A DNA stretch of 64,000 bases from Deltaproteobacteria bacterium (GTDB lineage: Bacteria > Myxococcota_A > UBA9160 > SZUA-336). This document shows, in pieces, positions 1-8,918 of this stretch (its first letter is position 1; each line of letters opens with the position of its first letter). The notes beneath the pieces are model-generated. The model was not told the origin of the DNA and ran no database searches. It worked only from the letters and a program-made list of their open reading frames with translations. The position numbers and the translations under genes were made by a program. The stretch covers positions 25,572-89,571 of the forward strand of contig JAFDDB010000002.1 in assembly GCA_019311115.1 (NCBI GenBank), read 5' to 3'.

Positions 1-517
1 CGATCAGCCGGGCGTCGTTGGTGCCCATGAAGATGCGACGCCGACAGGCGGTAGCGGATCCGGAGACCCGGTCATCGAGCCAGGTCGACACGCCGCGGCA
101 GACCGCCTGGTTCGCATACAGGAGCGTCCGGTCGACCCGGGGATCGTAGACCCAGCGCTCTTCACCCGTCTCGGGGTCGAGGGCGAAGACGCGATTGAAG
201 GGGCTGCACACGTAGAGGAGCCCGTCGACCAGGATCGGAGTCGCCTCGTACGCCGTGCGGTCCGGGGTCTCGGGGTTTCCATCGGAGACATCGCCGCTGT
301 GGTGTACCCACGCGACCTGCAGGTCGGACACGTTGGAGGACCCGATGTCGCTCAAGGGAGAGAAACGCAGCGCGCCGCTTCCTCCCCCGTAGGAGGGCCA
401 TCCGACGGGGGCCGCCGGCTCGGTGGGCCGCTGCGCAAACGCGAGGTACGACACCCCGAAAGCGCACGCGGCGAGCAGGCCGAGGGCGATCGATCGACGG
501 GCGGCACTCCAGATCAT
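1..517 (-). CDS. PQQ-dependent quinoprotein dehydrogenase, N-terminal portion (gene runs off window start)
   Basis: A minus-strand frame not in the ORF track is open from the ATG at 517 to the window edge. It translates as MIWSAARRSIALGLLAACAFGVSYLAFAQ (signal peptide) ...GWPSYGGGSGALRFSPLSDI...RWVYDPRVD...CRGVSTW. The WxYGG..RFSPL segment matches the N-terminal signature of PQQ alcohol/glucose dehydrogenases. Confidence 0.6.
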   Translation of the reverse strand, partial: MIWSAARRSIALGLLAACAFGVSYLAFAQRPTEPAAPVGWPSYGGGSGALRFSPLSDIGSSNVSDLQVAWVHHSGDVSDGNPETPDRTAYEATPILVDGLLYVCSPFNRVFALDPETGEERWVYDPRVDRTLLYANQAVCRGVSTWLDDRVSGSATACRRRIFMGTNDARLI

Positions 518-713
518 GCGGTCCCTCCGGCTTCGGTCGAGATCCAAGAACCGTGCCGGGGCAGGAGACGCAGGGGTGCACCGGATCGCTCGCCGCGGCG
601 CGGATCGCCGCGCGATCGCGGCGACACCTGCAGCGACCGGCCTTCACCGGCCCGAGAGCCGGTGCAGCCTGGTCAGCGGACGCGGCCGAAGTGCAGCGAG
701 CGCCGGATCGGAG

Positions 714-1802
714 TCAGGCGGCGGGCTGGCGCCGGTGGACGAGCACCTTGCGGGTGCCGTCGAAGAGCACCTCGATCTTCGCCGGGCCCAGCTCTCGCTG
801 CACCACGCCCCGGCCGAGCGTGTGGTGCTCGATGGTGTCGCCCGAGCTGAAGATCTCGATCATCGCGTACTTGCGCGTGGGGCGGGACGGGTCCGCCTCG
901 ATGATCTCGTTCGCCGCCGTGCGGCCCCGCCGTTTGGGCTTCGGCTTGCCGGCGCCCGGCTCCCAGGCGGTCAGCACCTCGGGCGCGCCGGTCAGCTCGG
1001 GCCGCGTCTCTTCGGTCGCCCAGTTGGGCTCGCCGGTCAGCTCCAGTCCGAGGAAGCGGATCTCGACGCCGATGATCGGCTGGATCTCGCGCGCCAGGCG
1101 CTCCATCTCGGCGATCCAGGCCGCACCAGACTGCGCGTCGCGCTTGCGGCACAGCTCCCAGTAGCGAAGGTTTCCGATCACGAGCACGAGCGGCTTCTCG
1201 TTCGAGACCTTGCGGTCGAGCTCGCTCTTGGCGTCCTCGATCACGGCGTCGATGTTCGCCTCGAGGATCGCGGAGTAGGCCAGCCCCTCGATCACCGCGC
1301 GCAGCGGAGTCTCACCCGTGGTGCCGCGCTTCGCCTCCGGCGCCACGTACTTGAGCGCGACGACGACCAGTCGGTCATCTTCGGTCACGCCGAGCAGGTC
1401 GATGTTGCCGATGGCCTTATCGTCCTTCGAGCCCTTCAGGTCGGTGTGGTAGTCGATCAGGTCCAGGTTCGAGCCGTCCGGCAGCTCCAGCGGGCCCTCG
1501 TCGCGGCAGCGGTTGTACAGCGCTATCGCGAGGTGCTCATCCTTGTCGGCCTTGGGCTTGCTAGGGAGCGTGCCGTCGTGCTGGCCGAAGTACTTCTTCT
1601 CGGCGTCCCGGCGCTTGGGTGCCAGTTCCTTCTGCTGCTCGTAGAGCTCCAACAGCTTTTCGCCATTGAGCTCGATCGCGGCCTTCCGAAAGCCGGTCAC
1701 CTTCTTGATTTCGCGATCGACTGCGAGCTCGACCAGGGGTTGCTGCGACAAGGCCACCTCCTCGAAAAAGGGTCGGATAGGATAGCGGAGCCGAACGCGC
1801 AA
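714..1802 (-). CDS. hypothetical protein, Lys/Glu-rich, with possible PD-(D/E)xK-like nuclease core
   Basis: Clean 362-aa ORF. Composition is atypical for the locus: K/E-rich with lower local GC. The segment GNIDLLGVTEDDRLVVVALKYV resembles a restriction-endonuclease-fold D...E/D...K motif. I cannot assign a family. Confidence 0.45.
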   Translation of the reverse strand: MRVRLRYPIRPFFEEVALSQQPLVELAVDREIKKVTGFRKAAIELNGEKLLELYEQQKELAPKRRDAEKKYFGQHDGTLPSKPKADKDEHLAIALYNRCRDEGPLELPDGSNLDLIDYHTDLKGSKDDKAIGNIDLLGVTEDDRLVVVALKYVAPEAKRGTTGETPLRAVIEGLAYSAILEANIDAVIEDAKSELDRKVSNEKPLVLVIGNLRYWELCRKRDAQSGAAWIAEMERLAREIQPIIGVEIRFLGLELTGEPNWATEETRPELTGAPEVLTAWEPGAGKPKPKRRGRTAANEIIEADPSRPTRKYAMIEIFSSGDTIEHHTLGRGVVQRELGPAKIEVLFDGTRKVLVHRRQPAA

Positions 1803-1853
1803 GAGGCGCGGCCCCCAAGCGGCCCGAGGGACGGCCGCGCGCGCTGCGCTCGG

Positions 1854-3578
1854 CTACCGGCTCCCGGCGGCCGCAGACGGCCCCGGGGGCTCCGGAAGCG
1901 CTCCGGGGCGCTTCCGAAGCAGTAGCACGCCGGCCACGAAATGCTCGGGAGGGCTCCCGGCCGGCGGCGGGTGGCGCTCGAAGAAGGCCGTGTCCTCCTC
2001 GTAGCGGATCTGCAGGAACCGGTGCAGGGCCGGTGCGTAGCCCGGCAGCCAGGGCGTCCCGGGCCAGCCCAGCATCCCGCGGAATATCATCCGCGGCGGC
2101 TCCCTGCGCAGCTGCTTGACCACCGCCCGGCCCGTTCCCGGGCCGGTCTGGCCCGGGTAGAGCTGCGCGTAGGGCCAGCTGTTGTAGCGGTCCGCCAGGA
2201 AGTAGACGTGCGCCTCGTGGCCGTACACGAAGAAGGGGGCGCCGGGCGGGACCCGGCGCTGGATCTCGAGCACGACGGGCTCGAGCCAGGCCGTCTGCGG
2301 CTCGATCCAGAGATCCGCCCGCTCGAGCTGCAGGTGGTAGGTCGCGCGAGCGTGGAGGGCTCCCGTGAGTCCCGCGCAGACGCCCAGCAGCACGGCGACC
2401 CCGACGGCTTCGAGGCGGGCGGCGCGCCGGCCGGGCGTCCACGAGGCGAAGATCAGCAGCCACACGACGGGGTACACGCTGATCACGTGCGCCCAGTCCG
2501 CCCGCGGAAACGCCGACAGCACGAATCCGAAGGCCAGCTGGGCCAGCAGGAACAGGCGGCCGGTCTCCACGGAGACCGGCCCCCCTCCCCGCCAGGACCG
2601 GAGCCACAGCCACAGCGGCCAGACGAAGACGAGCGGCAGGGACGTGTAGAGCCCGCGCGCGAGCGCCTCGAGCGCCGCCCAGTACACGCCGTACAGGTCC
2701 TCGAACGGAGCGGCTCCCGCCATCAGCAGGTGCCACGGAACCAGCGGCAGGTAGATGCCGCCGACGTTGTCGGCGCGCGTCGCGCCGAAGTCCCACCACG
2801 CCAGCATGTAGCCGGCCGGAATGCCGCTGGTCGGCAGGTAGCCCGTGAACGGGCGCACGAAGCCGCTGTACAGCATCGCCGGCAGCACGCCACGCGCTCC
2901 GAAGTAGCCGAAGAGCGGCACCACGCCGGCGGCCAGTCCGGCTGCGAGCGCGCCCACGCGGCGCAGCCTCTCGCGGCCGGGAACGGGGGCGGTGCGCAGG
3001 AAGACGTGCGGCAACGCCAACTGCAAGAGCAGCGCGGCGGCCAGGTAGATGCCCACGCTCTGCTTCGCCGCGAACGAGATCGCGAGGAAGAGACCCGCCA
3101 GGAACAGGCGCCGCCTCCTCCGGGGCCCGTCGACCAGCACCAGCGGAAGCGCCAGGCAGCCGAAGCAGAAGCTCAGGTCCCAGTACGAGTAGGTGGTGAA
3201 GACGGGGAAGCCGAGCAGCTTGAAGGCGAGCAGCGACGTCCCGAACAGCGCCGCGCGCGCGCGTCCCAGCAGCGGCACGGCCGCCAGGTAGAGGGCCAGG
3301 ACCGTGGCGCAGAAGACCGCGCCCGCCAGCGCGCGGCCGACGCCGACGCTCTCTCCGAAGACCGCCATGGCGAGGGCCACGGCGTAGTTGGCAGCCGGAT
3401 AGGGGTAGGCGTCGATGTCCCGGTAGAACACGCCGCCGTGCAGGACCTTGACGGCGTTGGTGAGCACCGCGCCCTCGTCGGGATTCGGCAGGTGGTGGAC
3501 TCCCCACCAGGCGGAGAGCAGCGCCGCCGCGACTCCCAGCAGCACGCCGAAGCGGGCCGGCTGCAGCCAGATCTGCAT
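1854..3578 (-). CDS. GT-C family membrane glycosyltransferase (GT39/GT83 ArnT/PMT-like)
   Basis: Polytopic membrane protein. It has a PDEG motif in the first periplasmic loop and YPYPAANYAVALAMAVFGES, typical of ArnT/PMT-type polyprenyl-phosphate-sugar transferases. The likely start is the ATG at 3578 (MQIWL), which overlaps the upstream stop as TGATG. Confidence 0.6.
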   Translation of the reverse strand: MQIWLQPARFGVLLGVAAALLSAWWGVHHLPNPDEGAVLTNAVKVLHGGVFYRDIDAYPYPAANYAVALAMAVFGESVGVGRALAGAVFCATVLALYLAAVPLLGRARAALFGTSLLAFKLLGFPVFTTYSYWDLSFCFGCLALPLVLVDGPRRRRRLFLAGLFLAISFAAKQSVGIYLAAALLLQLALPHVFLRTAPVPGRERLRRVGALAAGLAAGVVPLFGYFGARGVLPAMLYSGFVRPFTGYLPTSGIPAGYMLAWWDFGATRADNVGGIYLPLVPWHLLMAGAAPFEDLYGVYWAALEALARGLYTSLPLVFVWPLWLWLRSWRGGGPVSVETGRLFLLAQLAFGFVLSAFPRADWAHVISVYPVVWLLIFASWTPGRRAARLEAVGVAVLLGVCAGLTGALHARATYHLQLERADLWIEPQTAWLEPVVLEIQRRVPPGAPFFVYGHEAHVYFLADRYNSWPYAQLYPGQTGPGTGRAVVKQLRREPPRMIFRGMLGWPGTPWLPGYAPALHRFLQIRYEEDTAFFERHPPPAGSPPEHFVAGVLLLRKRPGALPEPPGPSAAAGSR

Positions 3579-5563
3579 CACTCCACGTACCCCAGGGCGC
3601 GCAGCCGTTCGAGAGCCGCGGCGTCGAGCGCGTCGTCCCCCTGCACGGGAGGCCCTGCGGGCGAGAGGCCGTCGAGCCACTGCGCGAGGGTCCGGGTGTC
3701 CTCGGCGAGCGCAGCCGGGACACTAGGCGCGCCTTCGGGCAGCGAATCCTGCTCGGCGGGGTCGTGCGCGTGTGCGTAGAGTTCGAGCCCTCCGTCGCGC
3801 CGTGCGATGCCCTTCCACGCGCCCCGCTGCAACGAAGCGCGGTGCGGCCGCACGAGCTTGCCGACCTCGAACGCCGGGTCCGGGTGGAGTTCCGCTACGA
3901 CGTCGCGGGGCTCGAAGCGCGCCAACAGGTTGCGGCCGCGCATGTCGTCCGGCCGCGCGGCACCGGCGAGGGCGAGCAGTGTCGGCGCGACGTCGAGCAG
4001 GTCCACCGGCTCGTCGCGGCGCGCGCCGGCGCCCGGGTTGCGCGCATCGTGGATGACCAGGGGCACGCGCAGGGACTCCGTGAACAGCGTGAGCCCGTGG
4101 TTCCAGCGCCCGTGCTCGTGAAACTCCTCGCCGTGATCCGACACCACCACGACGACCGTGTTCTCGCCGTAGCCGCGCTCCTCGAGGCGCCGCAGCAGCT
4201 TCCCGAGTCCCGCGTCGACCGCCGCGATCTCGGCGTCGTACAGGTCGATCATCAGCGCGCGCTCGGCCTCGGGCAGCTCGCGCCCCGACCGGGACAGACG
4301 CCACATGCGGTCCGAGGTGAAGCGCGGTCGCTCACCCGCCGAGGCGGGCCAGGGCCGCGCGAACCTCTCGCGGAAGCGCCGCGGCGGCGTGTAGCCCGCG
4401 TGCGGGTCCATGTAGTGCACGTAAAGGAAGAAGGGGGCGTCCAGCGTCTCGGGCAGCAGATCGAGCGCGGCGCGGTTCACCTCGGGCGCGCGCGGGGCGC
4501 GGAGCGGTGCGGTGCCGCGATAGCGCAGCAGCGGGTCGCCCTTTCCCTCCTCGAGCCGGTGCGACAGCGCACGCCAGCCGTCGAAGCCGCGCGCGAAGCC
4601 CTGCTCCTCGGTGATGTGCACGAAGTTCCCGGAGACGCCGTAGGTGCGGTAGCCCGCGGCTCGCAGCGCCTCGGCCAGCGTCGGCAGGGCTGGGTCGAGT
4701 CCGCTCGCGAACGACACGGCGCCGTGCTCCGACGGCAGGCGCGAGGTGAACAGCGACCCCACCGAGGGCTTCGTCCAGGACGACGTCGCGCTGGCCCGCG
4801 AGAAGAGCGTGCCCGATGCGGCGAGCGCGTCGATCTCGGGCGAGGTCGGGCGCTCGTAGCCGTAGGCGCCCACGTGGTCCGCCCGCAGCGTGTCTATCAT
4901 GACGAGCACCAGGTTCGGTGGACGCGGACCGGCCGCGACGCTCAGCGCGAGCAGCACCTGCCCGCCGAAGTAGAGCGGCAGGCCCCAGAGCCGGTTGCCG
5001 AAGCCGGGGCTCACGAAGCGGTCGCGAGCCACGGCCAGGTCGGACACGAAGAAGAGCGTCGCTCCGGCCAGGATCCGCAGGTCGCCCGCATGAGCCGACG
5101 CCCCGGCCGAGAGCACGACCATGACGGAGATGGCGACCACGTACGCGCGCACGGCGAACACCATGGGTCCCGACACGTGCGGCCCGAGCCAGCGCAGCGC
5201 CACGAACGCCACGACGGCGACGGGGAGCGCGACGGCCCCGGCGACGCGCAGGTCCAGGCCGAGCACGGCAAAGCCGACCGCGTAGGCGACGTGTCCCATC
5301 AGGAAGCTCACGAGGCCGGAGCGGAAGGCGACCGCCGCGTGCGGAATCAGCAGCACGTCGCCGCCGAAGGACAGCGCGAGCCCGGCCAGGATCCAGCGCC
5401 CGTAGGCCGAGTCGGCGGCGCCCGCCGTGACGGCGAGCGCGAAGAGCCCGGCGCTCGCCAGCGGCTTGGCGATCCAGATGCCCGCGCGCCAGCGGCGCCA
5501 GTCGGCCAGCAGCAACGCGGCGAGGAATACCGCGACCCCTGCGATCCAGGAGCCCGCCGTCAC
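3578..5563 (-). CDS. fusion protein: N-terminal YhhN-family (lysoplasmalogenase/TMEM86-like) membrane domain + C-terminal sulfatase/alkaline-phosphatase-superfamily domain
   Basis: N-terminal motifs SFGGDVLL, FLMGHVAYAVGF and LFFVSD match YhhN signatures (LGDxxL, FxxxHxxY, FxSD). C-terminal LVLVMIDTLRADHVGAYGYERPTSPEIDALAASGTLF and VVVVSDHGEEFHEHGRWNHG match sulfatase/PF00884. The start is set at the GTG at 5563, which overlaps the upstream TGA as GTGA; the 250 upstream codons of the listed ORF overlap the neighbouring gene and are high-GC noise. Confidence 0.6.
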   Translation of the reverse strand: MTAGSWIAGVAVFLAALLLADWRRWRAGIWIAKPLASAGLFALAVTAGAADSAYGRWILAGLALSFGGDVLLIPHAAVAFRSGLVSFLMGHVAYAVGFAVLGLDLRVAGAVALPVAVVAFVALRWLGPHVSGPMVFAVRAYVVAISVMVVLSAGASAHAGDLRILAGATLFFVSDLAVARDRFVSPGFGNRLWGLPLYFGGQVLLALSVAAGPRPPNLVLVMIDTLRADHVGAYGYERPTSPEIDALAASGTLFSRASATSSWTKPSVGSLFTSRLPSEHGAVSFASGLDPALPTLAEALRAAGYRTYGVSGNFVHITEEQGFARGFDGWRALSHRLEEGKGDPLLRYRGTAPLRAPRAPEVNRAALDLLPETLDAPFFLYVHYMDPHAGYTPPRRFRERFARPWPASAGERPRFTSDRMWRLSRSGRELPEAERALMIDLYDAEIAAVDAGLGKLLRRLEERGYGENTVVVVVSDHGEEFHEHGRWNHGLTLFTESLRVPLVIHDARNPGAGARRDEPVDLLDVAPTLLALAGAARPDDMRGRNLLARFEPRDVVAELHPDPAFEVGKLVRPHRASLQRGAWKGIARRDGGLELYAHAHDPAEQDSLPEGAPSVPAALAEDTRTLAQWLDGLSPAGPPVQGDDALDAAALERLRALGYVE

Positions 5564-7230
5564 CGCCCGCTCCGGCCGAAGGCGTCCATCTCGTCCGTCA
5601 CCGCGCGCGGCAGCATGAGCACCCAGCGCCCGTCGTCCCCGCCCCGCGCCCGGTAGTTGTCGCGCACCCAGGCCGAGACGCGGGGAGCGACGACGTCGAG
5701 CCCGCGAAGGTGCGACCGGTCGAAGGGTTTGCTCGGCCACACGACCAGCGCCGGCGGCGCGCGCCGCAGCCGGCCCAGGAAGGCCTCCTCCTCTTCGGGC
5801 TCCAGGAACGTGCCGGGAATGATCAGGTCCAGGTGGCCGGGACCGCCGCGGTCGGCGAGCGCGTGGAAGCCGGGCGACGCCGACAGGTCCAGGATCGTCT
5901 GTCCGGGCTCGGTCCACTTGCGGATCGCGAGCAGCCGGGAGTCGAGACGCCGCGCCGTGCGCGAGCTGGCCACGTAGATCGGCCCCTGCGACGTGCGCAG
6001 CTCGTTCGTCGGCCGGCCACTCGGTCCCCCGCGCAGCGGCAGGTCGGAGCCGAGCAGGAATACCCAGACCCCCAACAGGGCGAGACCGCCCGCGACCTGC
6101 ACGGCGCGACGCGGCCCGGCGGCGATCGGGACGGAGCGCAGCCCGAGCCACAGCGAGTGCGCGAGCAGCAGGCACATCGGCGGAACGGCCGAGTCCAGGT
6201 GCGCCCAGTCCGACCGGCCCAGCGAACGCACGAAGAAGAGCACGCCCCAGATCACGATCGCGAACAGCAGCACGTGCTCGAAGCTCTCCCTCCGCCGCAC
6301 CGAGCGCAACCACAACGCCCCGAGCGCCAACGTATAGACGGCGTACACCAGCGGGTGCAGGCGGAACTGGAAGGCGATGAACCAGAGCTTGACCTGCAGC
6401 CGCAGGCCCCAGGAGTCCGGCAGCACCAGGTCCGGGATCGGCTTCGCCTGCTCCGCCGTCATCACCACGGCGCGAACGAAGACGTTGTCCCAGACCGCCG
6501 CGAGACCCACCGTGTACTGGAACCAGACCAGTACGGGCGCCAGGAAGACGGCGATCCCCGCACCGAAGACGAGCCAGTCGCGGAACCAGTCACGCCATCC
6601 CCCCAGACCCCTCTGCGACGTGGAGAAGATGACGCCGAACCCGATGGCGCAACCGGCCGCGAAGGCCGGCGTCGTGCGGAAGCACGCGGCGACCGCCAGC
6701 AAGGCGCCGGCCGCGAAGAGCCAGCGGCGCGATCCCCCGCGCAGGCGGACGTCGAAGCAGAGCAGCGCGAGCGCGCTCCAGACCAGGTAGCGGTAGGCGA
6801 AGAGCCCCTGCGCCCGGTGGGAGTCCGGAGCCGCGACGACGAGCATGAGCGCGGCGAGCAACGCGAAGTTGGCGGGCATCACGCGGCGCGCCAGGAAGTA
6901 CAGCGTACCCACGAGCGCGATGTCGAAGAACGAGTAGACCCAGCGCGCGATCATCTGACCCGGCGGGTCGATCGCCCAGCCCAGCCACGCGGCCAGCACG
7001 TGCCCCGGCGGGAAGACCCAGAAGACCTGCTCGTACATCGTTCCGCCCAGATGCAGTGAACGCGCAGCGTAGAGGGGCCAGCCCTCGTCCATCAGGTTGA
7101 GCCCCGCACGCGTGTAGGCCGCGTGGTACACGCACGCCAGCACCCCGAGCAACGCCAGGTGCCACATCTGTTCGCGGCTCGCGGACAGGCGCGTCGCGAA
7201 CCACCGGGACGACGTTTCCGGAGCCTGCAC
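5560..7230 (-). CDS. GT-C fold polytopic membrane glycosyltransferase (PMT_2/ArnT-like) with C-terminal soluble domain
   Basis: N-terminal loop LNLMDEGWPLYAARSLHLGG carries the DE motif of GT-C enzymes. It is followed by about 10 TM helices and a roughly 150-aa C-terminal soluble region. Confidence 0.55.
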   Translation of the reverse strand: MQAPETSSRWFATRLSASREQMWHLALLGVLACVYHAAYTRAGLNLMDEGWPLYAARSLHLGGTMYEQVFWVFPPGHVLAAWLGWAIDPPGQMIARWVYSFFDIALVGTLYFLARRVMPANFALLAALMLVVAAPDSHRAQGLFAYRYLVWSALALLCFDVRLRGGSRRWLFAAGALLAVAACFRTTPAFAAGCAIGFGVIFSTSQRGLGGWRDWFRDWLVFGAGIAVFLAPVLVWFQYTVGLAAVWDNVFVRAVVMTAEQAKPIPDLVLPDSWGLRLQVKLWFIAFQFRLHPLVYAVYTLALGALWLRSVRRRESFEHVLLFAIVIWGVLFFVRSLGRSDWAHLDSAVPPMCLLLAHSLWLGLRSVPIAAGPRRAVQVAGGLALLGVWVFLLGSDLPLRGGPSGRPTNELRTSQGPIYVASSRTARRLDSRLLAIRKWTEPGQTILDLSASPGFHALADRGGPGHLDLIIPGTFLEPEEEEAFLGRLRRAPPALVVWPSKPFDRSHLRGLDVVAPRVSAWVRDNYRARGGDDGRWVLMLPRAVTDEMDAFGRSGR

Positions 7231-7360
7231 GCGCGGAGTCTACTGGAGCGCCCGTACGCTGTCCGCCGCTCGTGCTGCGCGCGTGCTGCGCATCGGAGTT
7301 CCGGGCGATGGCCTATAATGCCGGCGCGCGGGGGACGCTTCTCCGCCACCGGAGGTTCGA
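7231..7360. promoter_or_regulatory. divergent promoter region; TATAAT at 7315-7320, GGAGG SD 6 nt before the ATG at 7361
   Basis: This is the only sizeable non-coding gap between the divergent GT-C operon and the GT2-methyltransferase gene. It contains a perfect -10 hexamer (ggccTATAATgcc); the -35 is weak. Confidence 0.3.
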
Positions 7361-8887
7361 ATGTCCTCGAAGCCGGAGCCGCGGGTCCACCCGGACCACG
7401 AGCACGTCGAGGGCATCGCGCGGCGCCGAAAGGAGCTCGGCGACGACTCTCCCCGCATCGGCCTGTTCCTCTTCGAGTGCCAGGACGCCGAGCTGCTGAG
7501 ACAGACGCTCGAGCGCGTTCCGGACGCGGCCATCGACTGGATCGAAGAGATCGTGGTCGTGCTCGCCGATCCCGAAGCCGACGTGCAGCTCGAGCCGGTC
7601 GAGCAGCGCGGAGGCCGCGAGGTTCCGGTGCGCATCCACCGTCCGCCGCGCGCCAGCGGCTACGGCGCCACGCGCCGCGAGGCCTTCGAGTACGCGCTGC
7701 GGCGCGGCTTCGACCACGCCGTCGTCATGCGCGGCGACGGACTGCACCCTCCCGAGCGGCTGCCGGACCTGCTCTACCCCGCGCTGCTCGAGGGCCACCC
7801 GCTCGTCGTGCTCTCCCGCATCACCGGGCTGTCCCCCGTGCACAGGACGGCGGCCGCGTTCCAGGGCCGGCTGCTCGGCACGCGCCTGCACGACTACCTG
7901 TCGGGCTTCCGACTGTACAGCGCGGATCTGCTCCGCTGTGTGCCCTTCCAGCTCGACGCGGAGGAGCGCGGCTTCGACGTCGAGATCCTGATCCAATGCC
8001 GCGCACTCGGCATCTCGGCCCACGAAGCCCGCGTCCCCGAGCTGTGGCGCGAGCCCGACCCCCCCGGCGGCGCGCTGGCCCACGCGCTTCGCGCGTGCTG
8101 GATGGCCGTCGAGTACCGGCTGCACCAGCTGCACGTGACCCGCGACGGCCGCTACATGGTCGACCCCGGCACTCACTACACGTTCAAGCAGAGTCCGAGC
8201 GGCTCGCACGTGCAGATCGTCGAGGCGATCCAGCCCGGCAGCGAGGTGCTCGACCTGGGCTGCTCGCAGGGCCTGCTGACGCGGCCCCTTCGAGCGAAGG
8301 GCGTGCGCGTCACCGGCGTCGACATCTGCCCCCCGGAACGCTGGGCCGAGGAGATGGACGCGTACTTCGAGCGCGATCTCGAGATGCCGCTCGAGCTGCC
8401 GGTCGCGCGCAAGTTCGACTACGTGATCGTCGCGGATGTGATCGAGCACGTTCGCGAGCGCGCGCAGCTGCTACGCAGCGTGCGGCGCTACCTGAAGGAA
8501 GACGGGCGCATGCTGATCTCGACGCCGAACATCGCGCTCTGGTTCTACCGGCTCTCGCTGCTGGCCGGACGCTTCGAGTACGGACCGCGCGGCGTGCTCG
8601 ACTACACGCACGTGCACCTGTACACCAAGGCGTCATTTCGCCGCGAAGTCGAGCGCGCCGGCTTCCGCGTGCTGCGCGAGCGCGTGACCTCGCTGCCCTT
8701 CGAGGTCGTCTTCCGCTCGACCGGGCGCAGCCGCTTTATCCGGGCGATCACCGCCACCTACCACGCGGCGGCGCGACTATGGCCACAGATGTTCGCGTAC
8801 CAGAACATCCTGGAGGCCGAGATCACCACCTTGGACGATGAGGCGACCTCGGACCGGGGTTTGACTCGATCCCGGAAACCCTCCTAG
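7361..8887 (+). CDS. bifunctional family-2 glycosyltransferase / class I SAM-dependent methyltransferase
   Basis: The N-terminal half resembles a GT-A/GT2 polyprenyl-phosphate-sugar synthase (ArnC/DPM1-like). The C-terminal half has the SAM methyltransferase motifs VLDLGCSQG, DYVIVADVIEHV and MLISTPN. Confidence 0.7.
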   Translation: MSSKPEPRVHPDHEHVEGIARRRKELGDDSPRIGLFLFECQDAELLRQTLERVPDAAIDWIEEIVVVLADPEADVQLEPVEQRGGREVPVRIHRPPRASGYGATRREAFEYALRRGFDHAVVMRGDGLHPPERLPDLLYPALLEGHPLVVLSRITGLSPVHRTAAAFQGRLLGTRLHDYLSGFRLYSADLLRCVPFQLDAEERGFDVEILIQCRALGISAHEARVPELWREPDPPGGALAHALRACWMAVEYRLHQLHVTRDGRYMVDPGTHYTFKQSPSGSHVQIVEAIQPGSEVLDLGCSQGLLTRPLRAKGVRVTGVDICPPERWAEEMDAYFERDLEMPLELPVARKFDYVIVADVIEHVRERAQLLRSVRRYLKEDGRMLISTPNIALWFYRLSLLAGRFEYGPRGVLDYTHVHLYTKASFRREVERAGFRVLRERVTSLPFEVVFRSTGRSRFIRAITATYHAAARLWPQMFAYQNILEAEITTLDDEATSDRGLTRSRKPS

Positions 8888-8918
8888 AATTGACCGGTTA
8901 CAGGAGATCCGGCAGGCG

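Noticed and set aside
1561-3779. Long ORFs 1561-3723 (-, 720 aa) and 1941-3779 (+, 612 aa) overlapping the GT-C gene
   Set aside because: Their products are Arg/Ala/Pro/Gly low-complexity strings typical of off-frame translation of 70% GC DNA. The in-frame membrane protein 1854-3578 has real family motifs.
5564-6313. N-terminal 250 codons of listed ORF 3578-6313
   Set aside because: This part overlaps the real upstream gene (5560-7230) in another frame and is Arg/Ala-rich noise. A GTG start at 5563 overlapping the upstream TGA gives a sensible 661-aa fusion protein.
3764-7059. Plus-strand ORFs 3764-5656 (630 aa) and 5710-7059 (449 aa)
   Set aside because: These are antisense to the YhhN-sulfatase and GT-C genes. 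Their composition is RRRG/HRD-rich without any domain signature.
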